A DNA stretch of 64,000 nucleotides from positions 19,891-83,890 of the forward strand of contig JAJFTT010000004.1 in assembly GCA_021372785.1 (NCBI GenBank), read 5' to 3'. The first letter of the stretch is position 1. Every line of letters begins with the position of its first letter. The translations under genes and the position numbers were made by a program. This stretch comes from Negativicutes bacterium. GTDB lineage: Bacteria > Bacillota > JAAYKD01. Shown here one piece after another: positions 50,295-59,894 of this stretch. The notes under the pieces were generated by a model. That model had not been told where the DNA came from. It made no database searches and worked only from the letters and a program-made list of their open reading frames with translations.

Positions 50295-51416
50295 CTATTC
50301 GTCCTCCTGCTTCTTGTTCTCTCGCTTTTTCAATTCTTCCTGTAATTCATCGACAAACTTGCGGCCATACCCTTTGGTATTGACTTCCGCTTCCAATTTA
50401 TTTAAGGAACGAGCCGAAACAAACAAAATGACACCGACCATGCCAACCACAAAGGAAATCAAGCGGCCATGGACACTGGTTACTTCGATCGCGGAAAGGC
50501 CAAGACAGATCGAAATCGCATAAAGCCATAAAACTGTCTGTTTTTGTGTCAGACCATTGTCATAGAGAATATGATGGATATGCCTTCTGTCTGCATGCAT
50601 TGGTGATTTTCCTGCTCTGATCCGCTTAAAAAAGACGATCATCGTATCAAACAGCGGTAAACCCAAAGCGAGCATAGGGATCAGCATGGTGGCAAAGGTG
50701 GCGCCTTTCATAGGGCCCCGGATGGAAAGACAGGCCAAGACAAATCCGATCAGGAGCGCCCCGGCATCCCCCATGAAAATCTTGGCGGGGTGAAAATTAT
50801 AGCGTAAAAAGCCGATGCAGGCCCCGGCCAGGGCAGCCGACAAGAGGACCACCTCGGATGAATCCATTTGCCAGGCGACGACCATCAAGGTCAGGGAAGC
50901 TATGGCAGCGGTTCCCGCAGCCAGGCCATCCAGGCCATCGATAAAATTCATGACGTTGGTCACCGTAACAATCCACAGCATACTCAAAGGTGTGCTTAGG
51001 AAACCGAGTGAGATATACTCACCGTTGAAAGGATTGCCAATGCCTTGAATGGCAATGCCCGAGCGGACCGCAAGATAGGCACAGCCCAATTGGATAACCA
51101 AACGCAATTTTGCCGAAATATCCAGTTTATCATCAATGACTCCGACAATCAGTAAAACAGTACCCCCAATCAGGATACCGAGCATTTCTTTACTTAAAGC
51201 GACAAAAAGGCTGCAGGCGACCAGAAAAGCAACGTAGATGGCCACCCCACCCAAATAGGGAACCGCCACCGTATGCGTCTTGCGTGCATTGGGTTTGTCC
51301 ATAATGTTCAAACGCTGTGCCAGTTTCATCGCAATCGGGGTAAAACAAATTACTAAAAAGAGCGCAATAGAAAAAGTAAAAACCGTTTCTAATAAAGAAA
51401 TATTCGTACCATTCAT
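50295..51416 (-). CDS. Undecaprenyl-phosphate GlcNAc-1-phosphate transferase (TagO/WecA)
   Basis: Multi-TM protein; GVIDD, NFIDGLDGL, IFMGDAG and DRRHIHH motifs. Confidence 0.92.
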   Translation of the reverse strand: MNGTNISLLETVFTFSIALFLVICFTPIAMKLAQRLNIMDKPNARKTHTVAVPYLGGVAIYVAFLVACSLFVALSKEMLGILIGGTVLLIVGVIDDKLDISAKLRLVIQLGCAYLAVRSGIAIQGIGNPFNGEYISLGFLSTPLSMLWIVTVTNVMNFIDGLDGLAAGTAAIASLTLMVVAWQMDSSEVVLLSAALAGACIGFLRYNFHPAKIFMGDAGALLIGFVLACLSIRGPMKGATFATMLIPMLALGLPLFDTMIVFFKRIRAGKSPMHADRRHIHHILYDNGLTQKQTVLWLYAISICLGLSAIEVTSVHGRLISFVVGMVGVILFVSARSLNKLEAEVNTKGYGRKFVDELQEELKKRENKKQEDE

Positions 51417-51487
51417 GATAACTCCTCTTAATCAAAGAATCACTGTCGGCTCAGGATTTCTTACCGCAAACCGAAAAAGCCGAAGGT

Positions 51488-52015
51488 TTACACCGGTGTT
51501 TCTGTTTTTTCGGCCGCTATCCGGTACATTGGAATATTGGCTTCCGTTAATAATTCCAAAGACAAATCATCCGGATAACCTTCACGGTAATAAATTGCTT
51601 TGATGTGGCTGTTGATCAGTAATTTCGCGCAGAGAGAACAAGGAAATACGGTGGTATAACAAACCGCTCCCTCAATGCTGCTGCCTGCCAGGGCTGCTTG
51701 GATGATCGCATTTTGCTCGGCATGTACTGCCCGACAGATTTCATGCCGCTGACCGGAAGGAATTTGTTCCTGTTCCCGCTTGCAGCCTACGATCAGACAA
51801 TGTGCTAACCCGCTGGGAGCGCCATTATACCCGGTGGACAGAATCCGTCGATCCCGAACTAATATGGCTCCCACCTGACGGCGCAAACACGTTGATCGCT
51901 TAGCGACGACCGTTGCGATCTCCATAAAATAATCATCCCATGATGGTCTCAAATGCTTCACTTCACTTCGTTCTTTCTTAATGGCATCCAATGCTTCTTT
52001 CTTTTTGACACGCAA
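51488..52015 (-). CDS. dCMP deaminase / ComEB family
   Basis: [25 protein letters not shown] and PCSLC motifs. Confidence 0.92.
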   Translation of the reverse strand: MRVKKKEALDAIKKERSEVKHLRPSWDDYFMEIATVVAKRSTCLRRQVGAILVRDRRILSTGYNGAPSGLAHCLIVGCKREQEQIPSGQRHEICRAVHAEQNAIIQAALAGSSIEGAVCYTTVFPCSLCAKLLINSHIKAIYYREGYPDDLSLELLTEANIPMYRIAAEKTETPV

Positions 52016-52063
52016 AGAACGGATTCCTTCTGCTGTCAGCCAAGAAAACCTCGCATCGTATGC

Positions 52064-52528
52064 TCAATATAGTTTGGCTCTGAGATTTTTAACGGCATAG
52101 AATCCTTCGATGATTTCCTGATTCCCCTCCGTTTGGATTACAGCCGGACAAAGGCAGTAATCCAAAGCCAGCCACATGGCCAAAGCCTCCGACTGACTGC
52201 GCTGGCTCCAGGCTCTGATTTGGCGGAATTCCTGCTCGCGCGCCCAGGATTCTGTCATCGTTACGAAAGAGCGCGCAACTCCCTGCCGCCGATAAGCTGC
52301 ATCTACTTCGATCACATCAATAAAGGCATCGCCGATTGAGGCCAGCGGAGCGGGAAAGGCCTTGGCACAGGTTGAAATAAAGCCAATCGGCTCTTCCTGG
52401 TCAAACGCCGCCAGGGAAAAGGCATTCTCCTGCCGATGAATGCACGCCAGCTGTTCGACCCAAGAGCCAAAGCGACGAATGATTTTCTGATAATCTTCCT
52501 GATTGATCTCTTTGTAAATCAGACTCAC
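52064..52528 (-). CDS. GNAT N-acetyltransferase
   Basis: IEVDAAYRRQGVA motif A. Confidence 0.85.
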   Translation of the reverse strand: MSLIYKEINQEDYQKIIRRFGSWVEQLACIHRQENAFSLAAFDQEEPIGFISTCAKAFPAPLASIGDAFIDVIEVDAAYRRQGVARSFVTMTESWAREQEFRQIRAWSQRSQSEALAMWLALDYCLCPAVIQTEGNQEIIEGFYAVKNLRAKLY

Positions 52529-52705
52529 GCGACTTCGCCTCCCTGAAAAACATTCTGTCTTAGTATAAACGTTTTCCTACCGCAGCACAAGCAAAAAAAA
52601 GCGCTTGCCGCTTTTCTTCTATCCTGGTTTCTGCCGCTGCAAAGCACCCGGGATGTTCACAAACGAATCAGACCAAACGCAGGCCGTCAGCCACGCTCTC
52701 CACGC

Positions 52706-53293
52706 TTATTTTACAGCAAAAGCATCCTGTTCCGGATTCTGCTGCCAGATGTATTCAATTCTACAGGCTATGGTTTTGGCTGCCGCTTTGCCATAAAGAT
52801 CCGCCACAAAACCCAAAGCCATATCCATACCGGCCGAGACGCCGGAAGAAGTATAGAATTTCCCGTCCGTTACCCAGCGAGCGCTGGCTTGCCAGTTGAC
52901 CGCCGCTCTCTGGGCGGTTGCCCATTGATATGAGCGTTTGTTGGTAGTCGCGCGCCGGCCATCCAGTAAACCGGTTTGAGCGAGCAGGGCGGAACCGGTA
53001 CAGACCGTCAGACAGTAACGCGATACCTCTGCCGCTTGGCTTAATCTTCTGATAAAATCAAGATCTTCGACCAAAACGCGCGTTCCCATGCCGCCCGGCA
53101 AAAATAAGACACAGTCATCATCCGATTCCAGCAAAGGCTGAGTGACAATCGCTGCTTTCTGATGGCTGCGGACGATTCCTCCCGTCAGTGAAACATACTG
53201 CAGCTGCAGGTCCTCCAGCTGACCAAAAATCTCGACCGGACCGAATACATCCAAGGTTTCAAAATCGGGAAAGAAAAGCAAATTGAGCTTCAT
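52706..53293 (-). CDS. DJ-1/PfpI family protein
   Basis: FETLDVFGP, PGGMG, VCTGS and TSSGVSAG motifs. Confidence 0.9.
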   Translation of the reverse strand: MKLNLLFFPDFETLDVFGPVEIFGQLEDLQLQYVSLTGGIVRSHQKAAIVTQPLLESDDDCVLFLPGGMGTRVLVEDLDFIRRLSQAAEVSRYCLTVCTGSALLAQTGLLDGRRATTNKRSYQWATAQRAAVNWQASARWVTDGKFYTSSGVSAGMDMALGFVADLYGKAAAKTIACRIEYIWQQNPEQDAFAVK

Positions 53294-53421
53294 TTGAAAA
53301 CCCCCTAATCAGAATAGCGTCCATGTTTTTAAAGAGAAGGAGTTTACCATGCTGAACCCAAGACCGCAGGTTCGATTGCACTACAAAATAAAGTTCAGCG
53401 CGCCGGGTACTCTGCCATCGC

Positions 53422-53898
53422 TTATGCTGTCTGCCAGCCTTTTCCCACATCAATCCAGGCTTTTGCCCGCGCGTAGAAAAACAATTCTTCACCGCTCAAT
53501 TCAATTGCGCTGTTGCTGCTGCCGCAGGCAGGAAAAATCGTTTGGAAGCGGCGGAGAGAAACATCCAGAAAAACAGGGATTGCCGCTGGTAGCGCAAACG
53601 GACAAACACCGCCGATGGCGTGACCGGTACAGCGTTCCACCGCTGCCGCCTCCAGCATAGCTGCTTTACAGTGAAAGAAATCTTTGTATTTTTTTTGATC
53701 GAGTTTGGCATCCCCCGCCAAGACGATCAGCACACAGGCGTCCGCCTGACGCAAAGCCAGGGTTTTGGCAATTCGTTCCGGTGCCGTTGCCAGAGCCGCT
53801 GCCGCCAGTGCGACCGTCGCGCTCGATTGGGCGCACTCTATAATCTGATTTTCCATGCCATACTGTGCGAAATATTGTTTCACTTTTTCAATTGCCAT
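53422..53898 (-). CDS. YbaK/EbsC family aminoacyl-tRNA deacylase
   Basis: IAKTL, GHAIGGVCPF and PACGSSNSAI motifs. Confidence 0.92.
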   Translation of the reverse strand: MAIEKVKQYFAQYGMENQIIECAQSSATVALAAAALATAPERIAKTLALRQADACVLIVLAGDAKLDQKKYKDFFHCKAAMLEAAAVERCTGHAIGGVCPFALPAAIPVFLDVSLRRFQTIFPACGSSNSAIELSGEELFFYARAKAWIDVGKGWQTA

Positions 53899-53934
53899 AA
53901 TGAACCCCTACCTCCTTTTATCGGAGACTGTTCT

Positions 53935-55158
53935 CTAATCTATCCCTTTGCGAAATACAACGATGCGATTGCTGTTGGTTCCGCCCTGGTTATTGGCAAC
54001 ACCCCAGATATTGGCCGTTTTGGTAAACTGCTGTCGATTGATATAGGTTGCCTGTGGAAGCAAGCCGACTTCCCGAATCATGCTGAAGACCGTTTTATCC
54101 AGTTCAATTTTCCCTTTGCGAACTTCGCCGACTTCAAAAGCGCCATATGCCCCAGGCACCATGATGCGTTTGAATTCCAGAAAAACTTCGGTCATACTTT
54201 TCGTCCATTGCTCCAAATTATGCAGATTGGTCATACGACCAGCGACTGCCGCCGTATCGATATGATTGAACCAACAGCGCAGCCAATTATCGTTGCGATA
54301 CTGTACGGTATCGAGAAACGGCGGTGAGGTGACGATCAAGTTCACCGTACTGTCTTCAATCGCGTAGGTATTGGCGGCATCCTGATTGAGAAAGATGCCG
54401 CCTTTTCCCGGCCAGGGGTAGGGAATTTCTTTCAGCAGCGTTTTGCTTTTTTCCCGAATGATTGCTTTGACATCGCGGTAAATACTGAAATCGTTCCGGT
54501 AGCGCTGGTTGATGATTTGCTGCCGCTCCGGGGTAACCGCCTGGTTGGGCGGCAGGGTGTAAACAGAAAAAAAGCCCTTGGAATGACCCGTTAGACGGTT
54601 GGTTGCCACCATGCGGATCCATTCATCCAAGGCATCCTCCAAACCGCTGCGGCGGCGATAATCCAGATAGCGGCGCAATGAACGCAATTCCGCTAACGTA
54701 GTCTGATTATAAAAAACGCCTAAATCCGGCTCGTCTACCTCAGCCGATGTCTGCAAGCTCAAATCGATTTCCTGCAGGCGCTGTTCCACCGCCCTTAGTG
54801 TGGGTGGCTCCACCCGCGGCCGCGCTAAAATCTTCATCAGCGGATTGATATCATTGGCAATAAAGCGGCGTCCCATCAGCGCAGCTTGCACGGCTGTGGT
54901 GCCGCGGCCGGCAAAGGGATCATAAACAACATCCTGCGGCGTTGAAAAGCGCGCAATAAAGTATTCCGGCAACTCCGCTTTAAAACAGGCCCGATAGGAT
55001 ATTTCATGCAGCGAACTCATCTGCCGCTGACGTGCGGTCCACAGTTCACCGTCGATCATTTGATAATCCTCCGGGTAAGAGGGTATGTCTCTCTGCTGCG
55101 CTGGCCGTTTGCTTTTTTTCAGGATCTTATGGGCGTCATTTGCCGTATGCTCCTCCAT
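53935..55158 (-). CDS. Orphan amino-DNA methyltransferase (probable m4C; motif I before motif IV)
   Basis: YRACFK, DPFAGRGTT (motif I) and IVTSPPF (motif IV). Confidence 0.85.
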   Translation of the reverse strand: MEEHTANDAHKILKKSKRPAQQRDIPSYPEDYQMIDGELWTARQRQMSSLHEISYRACFKAELPEYFIARFSTPQDVVYDPFAGRGTTAVQAALMGRRFIANDINPLMKILARPRVEPPTLRAVEQRLQEIDLSLQTSAEVDEPDLGVFYNQTTLAELRSLRRYLDYRRRSGLEDALDEWIRMVATNRLTGHSKGFFSVYTLPPNQAVTPERQQIINQRYRNDFSIYRDVKAIIREKSKTLLKEIPYPWPGKGGIFLNQDAANTYAIEDSTVNLIVTSPPFLDTVQYRNDNWLRCWFNHIDTAAVAGRMTNLHNLEQWTKSMTEVFLEFKRIMVPGAYGAFEVGEVRKGKIELDKTVFSMIREVGLLPQATYINRQQFTKTANIWGVANNQGGTNSNRIVVFRKGID

Positions 55159-55327
55159 AGCGTCCCTTCCTTTTCATCCTATCCTGGCTTTCTATTTCGC
55201 TGGTTCCGGATGCAAACCCTTTTCGCCTTGCATTTAGTTTTTTGCAGCTGCCTTGCTTCGCCCGGCAAGCAGGATTATTTCTGTTGATAAGCGAAATAAT
55301 GTTTATTCAGCGTGAAAGTGAGGAGTC

Positions 55328-56194
55328 TTGATGCCCGAAGCCTTTGCCAAAGCCGATCAGATAGCAGGAAAGCCGCACCTTGCTGCGAAACTGCTGCTGT
55401 TTACCCTGTTTCTTTTACTGGTCTATTTTGTAAATACCGTTTTTCCGTATTCTTTTCAGGATGAGAGCCTCGAAAATACCTACCTGAGCTGGCAGGAAAA
55501 TTTGCCGGGGAAACTGACCTTTGCCAATTACCTTGGCGCAGTCCAACAGCAGTCCCCATATCACAACCGGGAACTCTTATATTTCCTCTGGCGGGACAGT
55601 GCTGCCTTGCTGACAGATCCGACGCAGCTGACACCGGACAACGAAGACTATCTGGCTTATTGCAAGTGGATCAGCGAACTTGTGACGCAGAGCGGCCGCA
55701 TCCCCAATCAGCAGCTGCATTATCTGCGCAATCAACTGATCCTGTCTATCGAGAACCTCGCGCAGCTGAAAGAGTATCAAAACACGCATCCGGATGCCTG
55801 GATCCTCTATACGGCGGAGAATTCTCTCTTACAGCTGAATGGACCGGATGGCATTTTTAATCTGAAGTTTGCTGCCGCCGATAAAAGTTTTGAACTGGTT
55901 TTTTGCAAAGCAGAAGATTTGAACCGGCTCGGTTCAGCTCGGGTTATAAGAGAGGCAGCAGATCCTTTCGATAATTCAGGAACTTATAATTATGCTGCCG
56001 GCGATCTATTCCAGCATATCCTCTTTGATGTTGTGCCTTCTTATTTATACGGCAATACGGCGGCAAAAAATGGCGGGTTTTTCGCTAATCTGACGCGGTT
56101 TCAAAAAAATTCCAGTGCCAATCAAAAAGCTTATGCGGCAAGTTTGACCGCGCAGGCCTATCGTCAGGCCGTTGCAGAATATCTGGCAAAATAA
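55328..56194 (+). CDS. Hypothetical protein with one N-terminal TM anchor
   Basis: Long ORF with hydrophobic segment LLLFTLFLLLVYFVNTVF; see findings. Confidence 0.75.
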   Translation: MMPEAFAKADQIAGKPHLAAKLLLFTLFLLLVYFVNTVFPYSFQDESLENTYLSWQENLPGKLTFANYLGAVQQQSPYHNRELLYFLWRDSAALLTDPTQLTPDNEDYLAYCKWISELVTQSGRIPNQQLHYLRNQLILSIENLAQLKEYQNTHPDAWILYTAENSLLQLNGPDGIFNLKFAAADKSFELVFCKAEDLNRLGSARVIREAADPFDNSGTYNYAAGDLFQHILFDVVPSYLYGNTAAKNGGFFANLTRFQKNSSANQKAYAASLTAQAYRQAVAEYLAK

Positions 56195-56211
56195 ACGATA
56201 CGGAGGTTACC

Positions 56212-56601
56212 ATGACCGATCAACAGCTATACCAAATCTCTGTCGCTCAACAGCATTTTGCTTATGCACCCTATTCTCATTTTCGCGTGGGAGCGGCGCT
56301 GCTATGTAAAAGCGGCACCATCTATGGCGGCTGCAATATTGAGAGTGCCGCTTACAGCGCGACGCTATGCGCCGAGCGAACCGCATTAGCCAAAGCCGTA
56401 TCAGCAGGAGAGCAGGATTTCACCGCAATCGCCATCAGCGCTTCTTCGGGTGAATTTACCTTTCCCTGCGGCGTCTGCCGTCAGTTGCTGGCCGAATTCA
56501 ATCCGGATTTACAGGTGATTGTGGGCAACGAGCGGGGTGAATTCAAACGATATTCTTTGCGGGAATTGCTGCCGGAAGCATTCACCGGTAAAAATCTCTA
56601 A
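56212..56601 (+). CDS. cdd: Cytidine deaminase (tetrameric type)
   Basis: AYAPYSHFRVGAA, CAERTA and PCGVCRQ motifs. Confidence 0.95.
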   Translation: MTDQQLYQISVAQQHFAYAPYSHFRVGAALLCKSGTIYGGCNIESAAYSATLCAERTALAKAVSAGEQDFTAIAISASSGEFTFPCGVCRQLLAEFNPDLQVIVGNERGEFKRYSLRELLPEAFTGKNL

Positions 56602-56621
56602 GCAATATCCGGGAACAGATT

Positions 56622-56656
56622 AAAAATCCCGCTGCGGTTACCGCGACGGGATTTTT
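56622..56656. terminator. Bidirectional terminator between cdd and rnfB
   Basis: AAAAATCCCG...CGGGATTTTT inverted repeat. Confidence 0.75.
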
Positions 56657-56691
56657 CGTAGGCTTCATCGATTTTTCCGGCAGTTGCCTGC

Positions 56692-57702
56692 TTAATAACT
56701 GATCGCCTTTTGGGGACATTTGTCGACACAGAGACCGCAGGCGATGCATTTATCCGGATCAATCCGGTATTTTTGTTTCAATTCTCCCGTTATAGCCCCC
56801 ACCGGACAAATGCGGGCGCAGAGAGAACAACCGTTACAGGCTTCGCCAATAATCGGCTTATCGTGTTTTTTATATTCTTCGATCACAAGCGCGTGGGTGG
56901 GGCATTTACTGACACACAAACCGCAGCTGCGGCATTTACTGTAATCGATCACGGCGATATTGCGCAATTTGCGAGGATTGGCTTTCTGCCATGTTTCGTC
57001 ATTGACATCTTTGATTACCTTGATGGCGCCAAAAGGGCAGGTCTTTTCACAAATACCGCAGCCGATACAGCCGGTATTACAGTTTGTTTTGCGTACCGCT
57101 ACGCCGGTATCCATCGAAGAACAATTGACATGAACAGCGGCAGTTTTCGGCACCGTCATGATCAATTGTTTGGGACATTCTTTGATGCATAAACCACAAT
57201 TTTGGCATTTCTCTTCATCAATGAAGGGAACACCGTCACTGCTCATCTGAATCGCATCAAAAGGACAAACCCGCACACAATCGCCATACCGCAGGCAGCC
57301 GTAGGCGCAGGATTCCACACCACCGCCGACCAGATTGGCTGCCCGACAGGAAGGAATACCCTGATAATCCGCTCTTTGAGTGCAGCCGCCGCTGCACATG
57401 ACGCAAGCGACCTTCACTTCGCTGCTGGGCGTGACACTCGTCCCCATCAGCTCGCTGATTTTAGCGGCCACGGCCGTGCCGCCCACGGGACAGGCATTGA
57501 CCGGCGCCTCTCCTTTGGCGATGGCGGCCGCCAATGCGGCACAACCGGGCCAGCCGCAGGCGCCACAATTGGCACCCGGCAACACACCTTGAATGGCTTC
57601 TACCTTGGGATCTACTTCCACTGCAAATTGAGTGCTGGCATAGGCGAGCAGACAGCCAAAGGCTGCGCCCAAAGCACCGAGAGATAGAATACTGGACAGC
57701 AT
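56692..57702 (-). CDS. rnfB: Rnf complex subunit B (long polyferredoxin form)
   Basis: TM anchor, [14 protein letters not shown] and several CxxCxxCxxxCP motifs. Confidence 0.95.
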   Translation of the reverse strand: MLSSILSLGALGAAFGCLLAYASTQFAVEVDPKVEAIQGVLPGANCGACGWPGCAALAAAIAKGEAPVNACPVGGTAVAAKISELMGTSVTPSSEVKVACVMCSGGCTQRADYQGIPSCRAANLVGGGVESCAYGCLRYGDCVRVCPFDAIQMSSDGVPFIDEEKCQNCGLCIKECPKQLIMTVPKTAAVHVNCSSMDTGVAVRKTNCNTGCIGCGICEKTCPFGAIKVIKDVNDETWQKANPRKLRNIAVIDYSKCRSCGLCVSKCPTHALVIEEYKKHDKPIIGEACNGCSLCARICPVGAITGELKQKYRIDPDKCIACGLCVDKCPQKAISY

Positions 57703-57715
57703 GGAACAACCCCCT

Positions 57716-58306
57716 CTACAATGTTAATAGATCCTGGAATAAGCCCTGGAAGCCATAAAACGAGATGGCCATCAGACCTGTTATGATAAGAGAAATGGGA
57801 AATCCCTGCAGTGATTCCGGGATGCTGGAAAAAATCAATTTTTCCCGCACCCCAGCCATCAGAGTAATCGCCAGGAAATACCCCAGAGCATAGGCAAATC
57901 CGCTGACCATGGCGTAGAAGAAATTATAATCCTGCTGAACATTCAAAACGGCGCAGCCCAATACAGCGCAATTGGTGGTGATCAAAGGCAGGTAAACACC
58001 CAAAGCCCGATACAGCGTGGGACTGACTTTTTTGATGACCATTTCCACGAATTGCACCAGAGCGGCAATTACCAGGATAAAGGTAACCGTCTGCATATAA
58101 CCGATATTGAACACGTTGAGAATATAATGCTGCACCAGCCAGGTCACGGCGCTGGCTGCCGTCATGACAAAGGTAACCGCGATGCCCATGCCCACTGCGG
58201 TGTCTACCTGATCCGAGCAGCCAAGGAAGGAACAAATGCCCAAGAATTTGACAAAAATGTAATTATTGATCAAAATACCGGATATCAGTAATGAAACAAT
58301 CCCCAT
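57716..58306 (-). CDS. rnfA: Rnf complex subunit A
   Basis: FLGICSFLG and [12 protein letters not shown] motifs. Confidence 0.95.
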   Translation of the reverse strand: MGIVSLLISGILINNYIFVKFLGICSFLGCSDQVDTAVGMGIAVTFVMTAASAVTWLVQHYILNVFNIGYMQTVTFILVIAALVQFVEMVIKKVSPTLYRALGVYLPLITTNCAVLGCAVLNVQQDYNFFYAMVSGFAYALGYFLAITLMAGVREKLIFSSIPESLQGFPISLIITGLMAISFYGFQGLFQDLLTL

Positions 58307-58320
58307 TTGATTCCCCTCCT

Positions 58321-58926
58321 CTACGCCGCTTTTCTGCGATTGGTAATTAATTTAATGATGCCAAGGATCATACCCAAAGTTAAAAATGCGCCGGGGGCCT
58401 GCACCATCACCTTGGCGGCCGGGAAATTCGCGCCCAAAAGATCGACGCCAAAGAAAGAACCGTTGCCCAGCAACTCACGAACAGCCGCAACGATGATCAG
58501 GGCCAGCATATAACCTAGGCCCATACCGAAACCATCACAGGCAGAAACGAGGACGCCATTCTTATAGGCAAAACTCTCCGCTCTGGCTAAAATGATACAG
58601 TTAACCACGATCAAAGGGATAAAGATACCGAGCGTGGCATGCATGGCAGGCATATAGGCTTTCATGAAAAGATCTACCACAGTCACCAATGTAGCGATAA
58701 TGATAACAAAACTGGGAATGCGGATTTTATCCGGAATCACTTTGCGCATCATGGATATAACGATGTTGGAAAAAGTCAGGACGAAGATGACCATCAATCC
58801 CATCCAGACAGCGTTATCCACCGCTGTCGTTACAGCCAACGCAGGGCAGGTGCCCAAAACCATACGGAATAATGGATTCTCACCGAAAATACCATTGTTG
58901 ATTGCGTTCCAATACTTATTTTTCAT
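58321..58926 (-). CDS. rnfE: Rnf complex subunit E
   Basis: ENP...LGTCPALAVT, IRIP and PLIVVNCIILARAE motifs. Confidence 0.95.
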   Translation of the reverse strand: MKNKYWNAINNGIFGENPLFRMVLGTCPALAVTTAVDNAVWMGLMVIFVLTFSNIVISMMRKVIPDKIRIPSFVIIIATLVTVVDLFMKAYMPAMHATLGIFIPLIVVNCIILARAESFAYKNGVLVSACDGFGMGLGYMLALIIVAAVRELLGNGSFFGVDLLGANFPAAKVMVQAPGAFLTLGMILGIIKLITNRRKAA

Positions 58927-59873
58927 TTCTTCTTTGCCACCTCCCCAAACTTCTTTGGCGTTGTGAATTTCTCAATCAAAGGAGCAGCAATATTCATCAA
59001 TAAAATGGAGAAGGAGGCGCCTTCGGGATAAGACCCCCAAAGACGGATCAGCATAGTGATCAGACCGCAGCCGAAGCCGTAAATCCAGCGTCCGCGCACC
59101 GTAGCGGGAGAAGATACATAATCTGTCGCCATAAAGATCGAACCCAACATCACACCGCCTGCCAGTAGATAAAATAAACCGGAATCAAAGCCATTCTCCC
59201 CAAAAATACTGCCGAAAAGAAAGACGGTTGCCAGATAGGCCAAGGGAATTCGGTAATCAATGACTTCTTTATAAATCAGAAAAATGCCGCCTAAAAGCAA
59301 GGCCAAAGCCGAGGTTTCACCAATACAGCCGCCGATATTGCCGATAAACATATTCCAATAAGTCGGCAGCGCTGCCGTAGCGGAAAGACCTGATTTCATG
59401 ATGGCCAGCGGCGTTGCCGTGGCGAGACCGTCAAAAGGGGTCGTCCAGCTTGTCATGCTCGCCGGCCAGGCCGACAGCATCATGGCGCGTGCCGCCAGAG
59501 CGGGATTCATAAAATTATGTCCCAAACCGCCAAACGCCTGTTTGACGACCGCAATGGCAAAAGCGGCGCCAACCGGTCCGATCCAAAGAGGAGCCGCCAC
59601 CGGGAGATTCATGCCCAGCAGCAAACCGGTGAGAATCGCAGAACCGTCGCGGATGGTGATTGGCTTATGCACCAATTTCTCTACCAGTGCTTCCGTCAGC
59701 ATAGCAAAGAGGATGCTGAGCAGCAGATGCACGAGAGCACGAAGACCAAAGAAAAAGACACCTGCTGCCGCAGCCGGAACCAAAGCGAAAATCACGTAAT
59801 ACATGATTTTCTGCGTGTTCAAGGGCGAACGAATATGAGGTGCAGACTGTATGACTAATTTTGTTTGTTCCAT
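58923..59873 (-). CDS. rnfD: Rnf complex subunit D
   Basis: SAPHIR, FGGLGHNFMNPA, DGLATATPL (FMN-Thr), GCIGETS and ATDYVSSP motifs. Confidence 0.95.
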   Translation of the reverse strand: MEQTKLVIQSAPHIRSPLNTQKIMYYVIFALVPAAAAGVFFFGLRALVHLLLSILFAMLTEALVEKLVHKPITIRDGSAILTGLLLGMNLPVAAPLWIGPVGAAFAIAVVKQAFGGLGHNFMNPALAARAMMLSAWPASMTSWTTPFDGLATATPLAIMKSGLSATAALPTYWNMFIGNIGGCIGETSALALLLGGIFLIYKEVIDYRIPLAYLATVFLFGSIFGENGFDSGLFYLLAGGVMLGSIFMATDYVSSPATVRGRWIYGFGCGLITMLIRLWGSYPEGASFSILLMNIAAPLIEKFTTPKKFGEVAKKK

Positions 59874-59894
59874 TTCTATTTCGCTCCTTCCGCC

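Noticed and set aside
51488-56601. Deaminases as tRNA C55 editors or an anti-phage deaminase system
   Set aside because: Both have canonical dCMP-deaminase and Cdd motifs, with no RNA-binding (THUMP) or kinase fusion.
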